Source: an uncultured Clostridium sp. (lineage in GTDB: Bacteria; Bacillota; Clostridia; TANB77; CAG-508). Taken from it: a stretch of DNA of 64,000 nucleotides. The notes below the pieces were generated by a model. That model had not been told where the DNA came from and searched no databases. It worked only from the letters and a program-made list of their open reading frames with translations. The DNA lies in NCBI GenBank assembly GCA_900553985.1, contig USFW01000006.1, forward strand, positions 1,722-65,721, read 5' to 3'. Below are positions 39,146 through 48,949 of this stretch, piece after piece; position 1 is the stretch's first letter, and each line of letters starts with the position of its first letter. A program made the translations under genes and the position numbers.

Positions 39146-41257
39146 TTATTTTTTATTTACTACTACTCTATATATTAAACCTGTATCTGAATCCTTTTCA
39201 AATTCTATTTTATAATCATCTTCTACATTAATACTACTCTTCATAAGAGTTATATTTTGCTCTGTTACTTCAAACTCTTCTCCATTCAGATTAACTTCTT
39301 CTATCTTATTATTTCCTTCTACTTCATTATTATTTTGTATTGTTGTTAGTAAACCTTTTACTGTTGCTCCTTTTGAATTTGTACTTTGATATAACTCAAA
39401 CTTTGCATTAAATGTATTAACTTCTTCTTGATTTGTATTTTGTCCATTTGCATTTTGTGACAAAATATATGTTGGTATAATATATTTTATTGGATTTTGC
39501 TCTTCTGATGCCCCTAATTCCTCCATAAATTTTGCATTAACATCTTTCCATCTTTGTTCTATTGCTGACAATAAATTATTTATATATTCTTGGTCTTTAT
39601 CATTCAATATAACTGCATTTTCTGATGTTAATCTTTCAATACTTACATTTGGTACAAATTTTACTTTATTTTCAAACTTAGTTTCATATTGTATTTTTTC
39701 TGTTTTTTTACTTTTTTCTTCTTTTCTTTCATTTTTATCTGGCTCTTTTGTTATTTTCCCTTTATTATCTATTAAAAATTCATCACTTGTATTAATAAAT
39801 GTGATTTTAAAAGTAATTTCATCTTGTTTTTCTACTTTCATATTTGTATAAAATTCATTATTACCTGAATTTAAGATATTTTGAATATCTGTATCTGTAA
39901 TTGTATCAGCGTTTTCTCCTTTTAATAGTTTTTCTGATTTTGCATCTGCAACCATAGTTTCTACTGCTGATTTTTCTTCTTCTTTTGATAATATTTTTAC
40001 TTCTGAATTTAAAGTATTATCAGTATATGGAGTTTCAATTTTTAAGTTATAGCTTTCTGTTATTTCTTCTAAATCTTCTAATCCTATATATTTTATATCT
40101 AAATTAAATTTAGATAAATTGTTTTCAGAATCTTCAATTTCTAGAATTATATTATATAAAGTCTCTGATTTGTTTTCATTTTTTGATATTTCAATTTTGT
40201 TGTTTGCTGAAGTTACTAAAATTTTGTTTAATTTTCCTTTTTGAGTATATAAAGATATCTCTGTATATGTATTTTTTAGTTTATCACTTTGTTTTAACTT
40301 TTCTATGTTTTTATTTATATCACTAGATTTTAATCCTGTTGAACTTCCTAACAGCTTATAGTAATCACTTATTATGCTAAGTGTTTTATCGTCTTGTTTT
40401 AGTTTTTCTAACATTTGTATTAATATATCTCTTGTTTGCTCTCCTGTTAATTTTAGTTTATATGCTGTATTTTGATTATCAGATATTTTAATACAATTAT
40501 TTTCTTTTACCTGTTCTTTAATTATTTTTCCATAATTGTTATATATTTCTATTATGTCTTGAGCTTCTACTTTTCTATTTTTTGCACTTTCTACTTTCTT
40601 TGATAGTTTTGTAACATCTCCCCCTGATTGTTCTTCGCCTTCTTGTTGAGCTATTTCTTGCTCTTCTCCTGCTTGTTTTTCCTCTTCTAAATTATTATTG
40701 TTATTTTTGCTTTCATCATTACTGTTATTTTGTGTTACATCATTTTCAATATTATTTTCTGTATTTACTTGTTGCTCATTTTCATTTTTTTCTTCTCTAA
40801 TTGCAATAAACTTTTTTCCCACATACTTTGTTTGAATTCCTTCTGTGTTTTTATTTCTTATATATGTCATTGGAAATTCTTGATTATTAGAGTAATTAAA
40901 GTTTATCTGCTTTTCTATATTTTGATTAGTTCTATCTGCTTTTCCTGATGTACTTATATTAAAATTTTGCACTAATTTTAGTTCTTCTTCTAAATTAGGT
41001 ATTGAAATTTTAAAGTTCATATTTCCAATTTCTTCATATGGACTTGAATTTTGCTTATTATAGTACTCTTGAAGATTATCACTTATAAATCCATTTTTAT
41101 TGCTACCTATTTGAGTAGCATATTTTATAAAGGCTTCACTTGGACTTTTTAATAAATCTGTAAAAAAGTACAAATATGAAAATGTTCCTAATGCTATCAA
41201 TATACATATTAGTATTATTAATATCACTACTTGTAATTTACTATTTTTCTTTTGCAT
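39146..41257 (-). CDS. large membrane-anchored hypothetical protein
   Basis: About 703 aa from the ATG behind GGAGG (the tracked ORF starts 5 codons earlier at a GTG). One N-terminal TM helix, with acidic/N-rich low-complexity segments. No recognisable family. Confidence 0.55.
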   Translation of the reverse strand: MQKKNSKLQVVILIILICILIALGTFSYLYFFTDLLKSPSEAFIKYATQIGSNKNGFISDNLQEYYNKQNSSPYEEIGNMNFKISIPNLEEELKLVQNFNISTSGKADRTNQNIEKQINFNYSNNQEFPMTYIRNKNTEGIQTKYVGKKFIAIREEKNENEQQVNTENNIENDVTQNNSNDESKNNNNNLEEEKQAGEEQEIAQQEGEEQSGGDVTKLSKKVESAKNRKVEAQDIIEIYNNYGKIIKEQVKENNCIKISDNQNTAYKLKLTGEQTRDILIQMLEKLKQDDKTLSIISDYYKLLGSSTGLKSSDINKNIEKLKQSDKLKNTYTEISLYTQKGKLNKILVTSANNKIEISKNENKSETLYNIILEIEDSENNLSKFNLDIKYIGLEDLEEITESYNLKIETPYTDNTLNSEVKILSKEEEKSAVETMVADAKSEKLLKGENADTITDTDIQNILNSGNNEFYTNMKVEKQDEITFKITFINTSDEFLIDNKGKITKEPDKNERKEEKSKKTEKIQYETKFENKVKFVPNVSIERLTSENAVILNDKDQEYINNLLSAIEQRWKDVNAKFMEELGASEEQNPIKYIIPTYILSQNANGQNTNQEEVNTFNAKFELYQSTNSKGATVKGLLTTIQNNNEVEGNNKIEEVNLNGEEFEVTEQNITLMKSSINVEDDYKIEFEKDSDTGLIYRVVVNKK

Positions 41258-41343
41258 TATATTTTCCTCCACTTTATATGCTATCTATAATGTAAAAATA
41301 GATAAATAACTGTATCTTACTGTCATTTATCTATTTTGATTTA

Positions 41344-42063
41344 TTATTCTTCCCAGTTATGATATATATTTGCTACATCATCTAATTCTTCTAGTCTTTC
41401 AATTAATCTTTCCATTTTTTCAGTACCTTTTTCATCTAAAGCTACTGTTGTTGTAGGTAACATTTGTATTTCAGCTTCTAAAAATTCTAATCCAGACTCT
41501 TCTAATTTTTCTCTCACTTGTGTAAATTCTGATGGTTCTGTTGTTATTTCGTATATTTCTTCTGATGCTTGAAAATCATCAGCTCCTGCATCTAATGCTA
41601 ACATCATTAATTCATCTTCATCCATATCTGTTGAAGCTTTTTCTATGATTATTACTCCTTTTTTGTTAAACATATATGATACACATCCTGTTGTTCCTAA
41701 ATTTCCTCCTGCTTTATCAAATACATGTCTTACGTCTGCTGCTGTTCTATTTTTATTGTCAGTTGAAGCCTCTACTATTACAGCTACTCCGTTTGGTCCA
41801 TATCCTTCATATACTATTTCTTCATAGTTTTCATTACTTGTTGATGCTTTTTTTATTGCATTGTTAATTGTATCATTTGGCATGTTTGCTGCTTTACATT
41901 TAGCTATTACATTTTTTAATTTTGAATTTCCTGCTGGGTCTGGTCCACCTTCTTTTACTGCTATTAATAGTTCTCTTCCTAATTTTGTGAATATTTTTCC
42001 TCTTGCTGCATCAGCTTTTCCTTTTTTAGCTTGTATGTTGTGCCATTTACTGTGTCCTGACAT
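41344..42063 (-). CDS. YebC/PmpR family DNA-binding transcriptional regulator
   Basis: [49 protein letters not shown], the canonical YebC N-terminus. 239 aa. Confidence 0.95.
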   Translation of the reverse strand: MSGHSKWHNIQAKKGKADAARGKIFTKLGRELLIAVKEGGPDPAGNSKLKNVIAKCKAANMPNDTINNAIKKASTSNENYEEIVYEGYGPNGVAVIVEASTDNKNRTAADVRHVFDKAGGNLGTTGCVSYMFNKKGVIIIEKASTDMDEDELMMLALDAGADDFQASEEIYEITTEPSEFTQVREKLEESGLEFLEAEIQMLPTTTVALDEKGTEKMERLIERLEELDDVANIYHNWEE

Positions 42064-42245
42064 TGTTAATTCCTCCTTTTATTTATTTTCATTTATTTCA
42101 AGGTTTATACCTTATATTTCAACTTTTTCATTATTCCTAAATAGCATTTTTATGTTATTCATTTCCAAAAGTCATTAACATTATATCACACTATTTTATT
42201 TTTGTGTAGTTTTTCATAAATAAAATTTCTATATTTGTCTCACAC

Positions 42246-43503
42246 CTATTTTTCTAAATTTATATTTTTCGTTGCTACTTTTTCTATAAAAGTTTCATCA
42301 TGTTCTACAAAAATAAGTGTAGGTTTATAATTTAAAATAGCATCCTCTATTTGTTCTCTTGTTAATATATCAATATAATTCAAAGGTTCATCCCATATAT
42401 AAATATTTGCTTGTTCTGATATGCTTTTTGCAATTAAAACTTTTTTCTTTTGACCTTCACTCATATCTTGTATATTAGTATCAAAATCATCTTGTGATAA
42501 GCCCATTTTTACTAACATTGCTTTGAAAATACTTTCATCTATTTTATTTTCCCTAGCAAAAGATTTTAAATTTCCTTTTAAATCTTCTGTACTTTGTGAT
42601 ACATAAGATATTTTTAGATTATTTGCTACTTTAAATTCTCCATTATATTCTATCTTTTTTCCTAAAATAAGCTTTAATATGCTTGATTTGCCTATGCCAT
42701 TTTTTCCAACTATTGCAATTCTATCTCCATTATTCACTTTCTATTGTTGTTTCAGAATTATATTTTTTGCTTTTACCTTTTTCAGCTTCATTTGACCATT
42801 TTGCAGAACTTTTAGAAGAAATTTCGAGTCTATTTATATCTTTTTGTAATCGCTCATTTTGTGCTATTTCAAAATTATCTTGTTTATCTTTATTTTCTTT
42901 CCAAGATAAAAAATTACCTTTTCTAATTTCAATATTAGTATTATTTATAGCAATTATATGGTTCACAACTTTGTCTAGAAAATTTCTATCGTGAGATACT
43001 AATATAAAACCTTTTTTCTTTTCTAAATAATTAACTAGATTATTTCTCGTTTCTATGTCTAAATGATTTGTAGGCTCATCTATAAGTAAGAAATTATTTC
43101 CTTTTAAAAATAGACTTATTAAAAGTATTTTCATTTGTTCTCCACCACTTAATAGATTAAAGCTCCTATATAATATCTCTGTATTAGTATTAAGCAAATT
43201 CAATTCTTTTATAATCTCCCAATCTTCAACATTAGGAGCGATTTCATTTACTATCTCTATTGACTTTCTATCTTTATTGAGTACTTCAAAAGGAAAATAA
43301 TCAACATCAACATTTTTTGATATTGTTCCTTTATATTTATATTTTCCATGCAACAACTTTAAAAATGTTGTTTTCCCTTTACCATTTCTACCAATTAAGC
43401 CTATTTTCCAATTAGTATCTATGTTAAATGATACATCTTCAAATATATTATTATAGCTTCCATCATATCCAAATGTTAAATTATTTACACTTATTAAAGA
43501 CAT
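42246..43503 (-). pseudogene. Lsa-like ABC-F gene split into two overlapping ORFs and lacking most of the inter-domain linker
   Basis: ORF 42730-43503 is NBD1 (GRNGKGKTT, LSGGEQ, LLIDEPTNHLD) plus the start of the linker. ORF 42246-42737 (GTG start) begins directly at INNGDRIAIVGKNGIGKSS of NBD2. By my recollection of full-length Lsa-type proteins, about 70-80 residues are missing. Confidence 0.6.
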
Positions 43504-43540
43504 TGCTCCTCCTATCTATACTAAAATTGTAATGTTTCTA

Positions 43541-43963
43541 TTATTTCTTCCAAGTCATTGTATATTCTATTTCATTTGTATTCTTATCTATATTTTCACT
43601 TGTAATTATAAAATTGTTTTTTTCATAAAACTTAATAGCATTTGCATTTTTCTTATATACATTTAATGTTAGGTTTTCTTTATCTTCTTTTATTTTATCT
43701 AGTAAAGATGTCCCTATTCCATTATGTTGATTATTTATATCTACAAATATCCCTTCAATATAATTATTATTTAAACCAACAAATCCTACAATCTGTTCAC
43801 CTAAAACATAAACATATATATCTGCATTTGGTAAAATATCTTTGACATATTTATAATTATTTTTCCAATATTCTTTTTCAATGAAATTATGAGTTCTTAT
43901 GTTTTCATTCTCCCATATTTCCATTATAGTATTTATATCATTTTTTTCAAATTTCCTTATCAT
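43541..43963 (-). CDS. GNAT family N-acetyltransferase
   Basis: 140-aa ORF: QIVGFVGLNNNYIEGIFVDINNQHNGIGTSLLD acetyl-CoA binding motif, NANAIKFYEKNNF. Confidence 0.85.
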   Translation of the reverse strand: MIRKFEKNDINTIMEIWENENIRTHNFIEKEYWKNNYKYVKDILPNADIYVYVLGEQIVGFVGLNNNYIEGIFVDINNQHNGIGTSLLDKIKEDKENLTLNVYKKNANAIKFYEKNNFIITSENIDKNTNEIEYTMTWKK

Positions 43964-44050
43964 ATCTCTATTCCTCTTTATTGTTTTCTTCTATATAATT
44001 TTTAGATGCTCTGATAATATTTTTGACAAGTACTTATTTAGATATTACTA

Positions 44051-44476
44051 TTATTTTAAGTATTTAAATACTTCTTCTGGATATATTTTTAATTCCTTAT
44101 TTATAAACTTGTCAATATTAATCCACATTGCATCAGTTTCACAAATATCATCAATTATATGATATTTTTCCTTATAATTTGAATCACTTATGTCAACATT
44201 ATAAAATAATATCAATTCATGTGCATTTCTTCCATTATAAGTAAATATATTTTCAGATATACCTAAAAAATCTCCAACATTAATGTCTATATTAAGTTCT
44301 TCTTTAAATTCTCGTTTTAATGCATCTTTGCTATTCTCTAAAAATTCAATACCTCCACCTATACTTCTATAAAATATTTCATTTTTAATTTTATCATACC
44401 CTTTGCTAACTAAAATTTTGTCATCTCTTTTTACTATTCCAAGTACAATAGGTCTTATTTCCTTAAACTTATCCAT
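44051..44476 (-). CDS. NUDIX hydrolase
   Basis: 141-aa ORF with the Nudix box GGGIEFLENSKDALKREFKEELN. Confidence 0.85.
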   Translation of the reverse strand: MDKFKEIRPIVLGIVKRDDKILVSKGYDKIKNEIFYRSIGGGIEFLENSKDALKREFKEELNIDINVGDFLGISENIFTYNGRNAHELILFYNVDISDSNYKEKYHIIDDICETDAMWINIDKFINKELKIYPEEVFKYLK

Positions 44477-44502
44477 ATGTAAATTTTACCTCCTTTACAA
44501 AT

Positions 44503-44910
44503 TTATTTTTCTAATCTCATATATAAAATTGGATAAGGATTTCCTTGTTCATCTAGTTCTGTTCTCTTATAAGTTTTAAATCCCATATATTCATAAAATC
44601 CTTTGCTATTTAGATTTTGTTCATTTACTGCTAACTCATTTACATTATAATTTTCTATTCCATAGTTTAATAATTTTTTCCTAGCCCTTTTCCTCTTTCA
44701 CTATTTTTAATAAATAACATTTCAAGTTTTTTATTTTCATGTCTTACCTCATTATTCTTTCTAAATTTGTAAAATTTTCATTATATTTTAATTTCAAATT
44801 CATCTGAATAAATATCAATATATCTTCCAATTTTAATAAAATAATCTATCTTTCCATTTCGTCTTTTTTTATTTACATCTTCCATTGTTCTAATTGGTAA
44901 TCCTTTTATA
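44503..44910 (-). pseudogene. decayed GNAT acetyltransferase gene
   Basis: Fragments in different frames: IRTMEDVNKK..., KLEMLFIKNSERGKGLGK, LLNYGIENYNVNELAVNEQNLNSKGFYEYMGFKTYKRTELDEQGNPYPILYMRLEK*. One break lies in an A6 run (ggaaaaaatt). No canonical start. Confidence 0.6.
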
Positions 44911-44911
44911 C

Positions 44912-47900
44912 TCACTCACTTCTCAAAGCCAATACTGGGTCTTCTTTTGCAGCTTTTTTAGATGGAATAATACCTCCAATTAAAGTTAAAACTATACTTA
45001 ATACAACCAGAATAACTCCTGCTCCAAGTGGTAGTGATGCTTTAACATTTACTCCATTTGCTATTACTGCAATAATTTGATTTATAGGAATTATTAATAA
45101 TAAAGTTATACCTACTCCAATTATTCCTGCTAAGCCTCCTATAATAATTGTTTCAGCATTAAATACTTGTGATACATTTTGCTTAGATGCTCCCATTGCT
45201 CTTAAAATTCCAATTTCTTTTTTTCGCTCTAATACACTAATATATGTAATAACACCTATCATAATAGATGAAACCACCAATGATATTGCAACAAATGCAA
45301 TTAATACATAACTTATTGTATCAACAATAGTTGTTACTGAACTCATTAATGAACCTATCATATCAGCATAAGAAATCACTTTATCTTCTTCTCCATTTTC
45401 CTTCATACTAGTATTGTAATCTTTTATTAAACTTGTAATTGCCTTATTTCCTTCAAAGTCTTTTGGATAAATATCAATTTCACTTGGCTCATCAAAATTA
45501 GCATAATTTAATTTTCTTAAATTACTCTCATATGTAACATTTTCTTTATTCATAATGGAATTAAATAATTCAGCTAATTCTTTTTCATTCATTTTCATTT
45601 TAAATGCTCCCATAAAGGCATTTTCGTCTATACTTATTGCATTTGTCATCGTTTTGCTTAAATTTCTTATACTTGACTCCATTTGTTTTTGTAAGCTTTT
45701 ACTAATTGTTCCCATAACATTTTGCATATATTGTCCCATTATATTGGTTATTTGTTTTTCTAAATTTTGAGATGTCATTATCTTTGATATATTTTTAGTT
45801 ATAACATCTTTTGCTTTATCAGAATTCATATATTCTACAATATATTTGTTTAAGTCTTCTACGCTTACTAGTCCATTATCGTTTACATAATTTTCATATC
45901 CTGATAATATTTCTTTCATAAGTTCTTCTAGTTGTTTTTGTGTGATAGTTAGACTACCATTTTCTTTAATAAATTCTTTAATTTTTCTATTTATCAATTC
46001 ATTTACTTCTTTTGTTTGCAAGTATTCTGTTAGTTGTTTACTTATTTCATTTATATTTGCATCTGGTTTATTTTGAATATATTCTTCGTATCCTTTAACC
46101 AAATCTAATATTATATTTTTAATATCTTCTTGTGACATTGAAAATTGAATTTTGCTTAAAATATCATTTATATTTATAGCTGGTAAAGAGTTTTGGGTTA
46201 ATAAATTGTTTAAATCTCCAAAATCAAGATTTATTTTTGATTTATCTACTTTAAAGGCTGATTTAATAGCATTTGTATCTATATCTATTAATGAATTCAT
46301 GTCAAAAGAGTTTTCTTTTTCAGTTTCATCAAATCTTTTGCTAGTAAATACATTAACTTCTGGATTTGATAATTGGTCTTGCACTATTTTACTATTTCTT
46401 GCATTTTCAATAACATGATTTGTTAAAGAATCTGGATAATAAATTCCACTAGAAAGCATTGTACTTGTTGCTCCTTCTTTTGGCTGTACGATTCCAACTA
46501 TTTTTAAATCTTCTCCATTTGATACAATATTTTTCATATATTCTTTATTATCAACTTTATCTCTCCAAACTTTATATTCTCCATCATACTCATAGCAGTC
46601 ACTAGCATTTATAAGCTTGAAAGTAGTTCCCAAAATATCTTCATAATTATATGTACCCAAATCTTTTGGTGTATCTACTTCTTTTCCACTTGAAAATTGA
46701 GTAACTAAATCTTGTATTTCGCTGTAATTTCTTAATCCTAATGTATATAATAAAAAGTCACTAATATTTCCTTGTGAGGTTAAAACTAAGACACATTCAT
46801 TATAACTTGTTGGCCATTTTCCTGCTTTTACATCATATTGATTTTCATATAGTTTGCTATCTTTTGGCATTTTAAAAAATACATTTGTACTCATCATACT
46901 AGACATCATACTATTACTAGAGGCTCCTGCTCCAATTCCTAAACTTACAAAAGTAATGTCTGGATTTACTTGCCTTATATTTTCTGTGTCTGAACTATAA
47001 ATTATTGGTGTCACATCATATGAATATTCAATAGCTTTTGCATATTCTTTAATATTACTTTCATCACTTTCTAAATACTTCTTAAATGATTTTAAATCAT
47101 TTGAACCTATTGTAGAAAACATATTTGTTATTTTTTTACTAACAGCTATATCCCCTTCATTTTGTTTCTCACTTTCATTATTTGTATCTATAAGTAATGA
47201 ACTCATATCAATTCCTGTGCTTTGTATTTGTAAGGGATATTCAGATAATGTGTCTTCTTCTACTGATTTAATATATATATTAGCTCCATTCGATAGTGAT
47301 AATATTAATGCTATACCAATAATACCAATTGAACCTGCAAAAGATGTTAAAATAGTTCTCCCTTTTTTAGTTTTTAAGTTATTAAAGCTTAAAGATAAGG
47401 AAGTTAAAAAAGACATTGTTGTTTTTCCTAAATTCTTGTGCACTGGTTTTGGATTTTTCTCTTTTTCTATTATATATGGATTTGTGTCTGAAAGAATTTT
47501 ACCATCTTTAATATTTACAATACGAGTTGCATAATCTTCTGCAAGTTCTGGATTATGTGTTACCATTACTACTAAACGGTCTTTTGCCACTTTCTTTAAT
47601 AATTCCATAACTTGAATACTTGTATCACTATCTAATGCTCCAGTTGGCTCGTCAGCAAGTACAATATCTGGGTCATTTACTAATGCTCTTGCAATAGCGA
47701 CTCTTTGCATTTGACCACCTGATAATTGATTTGGTTTTTTATGTATTTGATTTGCTAATCCTACTTGTTCAAGTGCTTTTATTGCTTTTTCTCTTCTTTT
47801 ACTTTTTGATAGTCCCGATATTGTTAATGCTAATTCTACATTTGCTAAAATTGTTTGGTGTGGTATTAAATTATAACTTTGGAATACAAATCCTATGGTA

Positions 47901-48148
47901 TGATTACGATAGGAGTCCCAATCTCTGTCTTTATACTTTTTTGTAGAAATTCCATTTATTATTAAATCTCCTTTATCGTAACGGTCTAAGCCTCCAATAA
48001 TGTTTAAAAGAGTTGTCTTTCCTGAACCACTTGGGCCAAGAATTGCAACAAATTCATTGTCTCTTAGATTTAGGCTTACATTATCTAAAGCTGTTTGTAT
48101 TAAGTCACCTGTTTTATATTGTTTATGTATGTTTTTTACTTGTAACAT
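44912..48148 (-). CDS. ABC transporter, fused ATP-binding and FtsX/MacB-type permease protein
   Basis: 1078-aa ORF. N-terminal MacB-like NBD (GPSGSGKTT, LSGGQMQRVAIARAL, VLADEPTGALD), a long extracytoplasmic region, and a C-terminal FtsX-type TM bundle. Confidence 0.88.
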   Translation of the reverse strand: MLQVKNIHKQYKTGDLIQTALDNVSLNLRDNEFVAILGPSGSGKTTLLNIIGGLDRYDKGDLIINGISTKKYKDRDWDSYRNHTIGFVFQSYNLIPHQTILANVELALTISGLSKSKRREKAIKALEQVGLANQIHKKPNQLSGGQMQRVAIARALVNDPDIVLADEPTGALDSDTSIQVMELLKKVAKDRLVVMVTHNPELAEDYATRIVNIKDGKILSDTNPYIIEKEKNPKPVHKNLGKTTMSFLTSLSLSFNNLKTKKGRTILTSFAGSIGIIGIALILSLSNGANIYIKSVEEDTLSEYPLQIQSTGIDMSSLLIDTNNESEKQNEGDIAVSKKITNMFSTIGSNDLKSFKKYLESDESNIKEYAKAIEYSYDVTPIIYSSDTENIRQVNPDITFVSLGIGAGASSNSMMSSMMSTNVFFKMPKDSKLYENQYDVKAGKWPTSYNECVLVLTSQGNISDFLLYTLGLRNYSEIQDLVTQFSSGKEVDTPKDLGTYNYEDILGTTFKLINASDCYEYDGEYKVWRDKVDNKEYMKNIVSNGEDLKIVGIVQPKEGATSTMLSSGIYYPDSLTNHVIENARNSKIVQDQLSNPEVNVFTSKRFDETEKENSFDMNSLIDIDTNAIKSAFKVDKSKINLDFGDLNNLLTQNSLPAININDILSKIQFSMSQEDIKNIILDLVKGYEEYIQNKPDANINEISKQLTEYLQTKEVNELINRKIKEFIKENGSLTITQKQLEELMKEILSGYENYVNDNGLVSVEDLNKYIVEYMNSDKAKDVITKNISKIMTSQNLEKQITNIMGQYMQNVMGTISKSLQKQMESSIRNLSKTMTNAISIDENAFMGAFKMKMNEKELAELFNSIMNKENVTYESNLRKLNYANFDEPSEIDIYPKDFEGNKAITSLIKDYNTSMKENGEEDKVISYADMIGSLMSSVTTIVDTISYVLIAFVAISLVVSSIMIGVITYISVLERKKEIGILRAMGASKQNVSQVFNAETIIIGGLAGIIGVGITLLLIIPINQIIAVIANGVNVKASLPLGAGVILVVLSIVLTLIGGIIPSKKAAKEDPVLALRSE

Positions 48149-48250
48149 TTATAATCTCCTAATCTCTATAAATATTTTAATTATAACATCATTCCCTTTA
48201 TTTATTGTATTTATCACTATTAATTATTTTCGATTTTTTAATATATATTA

Positions 48251-48922
48251 TTAAATATCTTTTTTATCATCATTTGTTATGTCTCCATTTCCATTTACAG
48301 GAATTGTTTCGCCTAAATAAGTAGGCTCAGGTTTGAATATGCATTTTATAAAATCCTTATTTCTTGCTAGTATTTCTCTCATTTCTCTATATGTTTTCCC
48401 TACATATTGCCTTGGGTCTGCTCCTACTCCATATGCTTCAATTCCTAACTGATTTGCAATATATAAAGCTCTATATAAATGGTATTTTTGAGTTACTATT
48501 ACTACTTTTCTTGCTTTGAATATATCTCTTGCTCTATATATGCTTTCATAAGTAGAAAATCCTGCATGGTCCATAAAGATATTTTCTGATGGTACTCCTC
48601 TTTGAATTGCATAATTTTTCATTACATTTACTTCATCATATTCCTTTCTTCCGTGGTCTCCACTCATTATTATTTTATCAGATATATTATTTTGATATAA
48701 TTTTATGCCTTCTAATAATCGGTCTTCTAACATATGGCTAGGCTTATCTTCTACTATTCCAGCTCCTAGGATTATTATACAGTCTATGTCTGATAATTTT
48801 GTGTAGTCTTCTTTTTTAATAATTTGTTTTTTGGTGGATAATATTATGTATAAATTTATTCCTAAAATAATTATTGCTATTAGGATAATAAATATTATTA
48901 TATATTTTAATACTTTTTTCAT
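48251..48922 (-). CDS. SanA/YdcF (DUF218) family protein
   Basis: 223-aa ORF with an N-terminal TM helix: DCIIILGAG, IIMSGDHG, VIVTQKYHLYRALYIA. Confidence 0.8.
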   Translation of the reverse strand: MKKVLKYIIIFIILIAIIILGINLYIILSTKKQIIKKEDYTKLSDIDCIIILGAGIVEDKPSHMLEDRLLEGIKLYQNNISDKIIMSGDHGRKEYDEVNVMKNYAIQRGVPSENIFMDHAGFSTYESIYRARDIFKARKVVIVTQKYHLYRALYIANQLGIEAYGVGADPRQYVGKTYREMREILARNKDFIKCIFKPEPTYLGETIPVNGNGDITNDDKKDI

Positions 48923-48949
48923 TTAATCTTCTCCATAAATTGTACTTTT

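Noticed and set aside
42730-42737. The ABC-F split as a seventh example of the CGG-type frame break
   Set aside because: No CGG is present at the junction. A stop precedes the GTG in the downstream frame, and about 70-80 residues of the protein are missing, so this is a deletion rather than a single-base shift.
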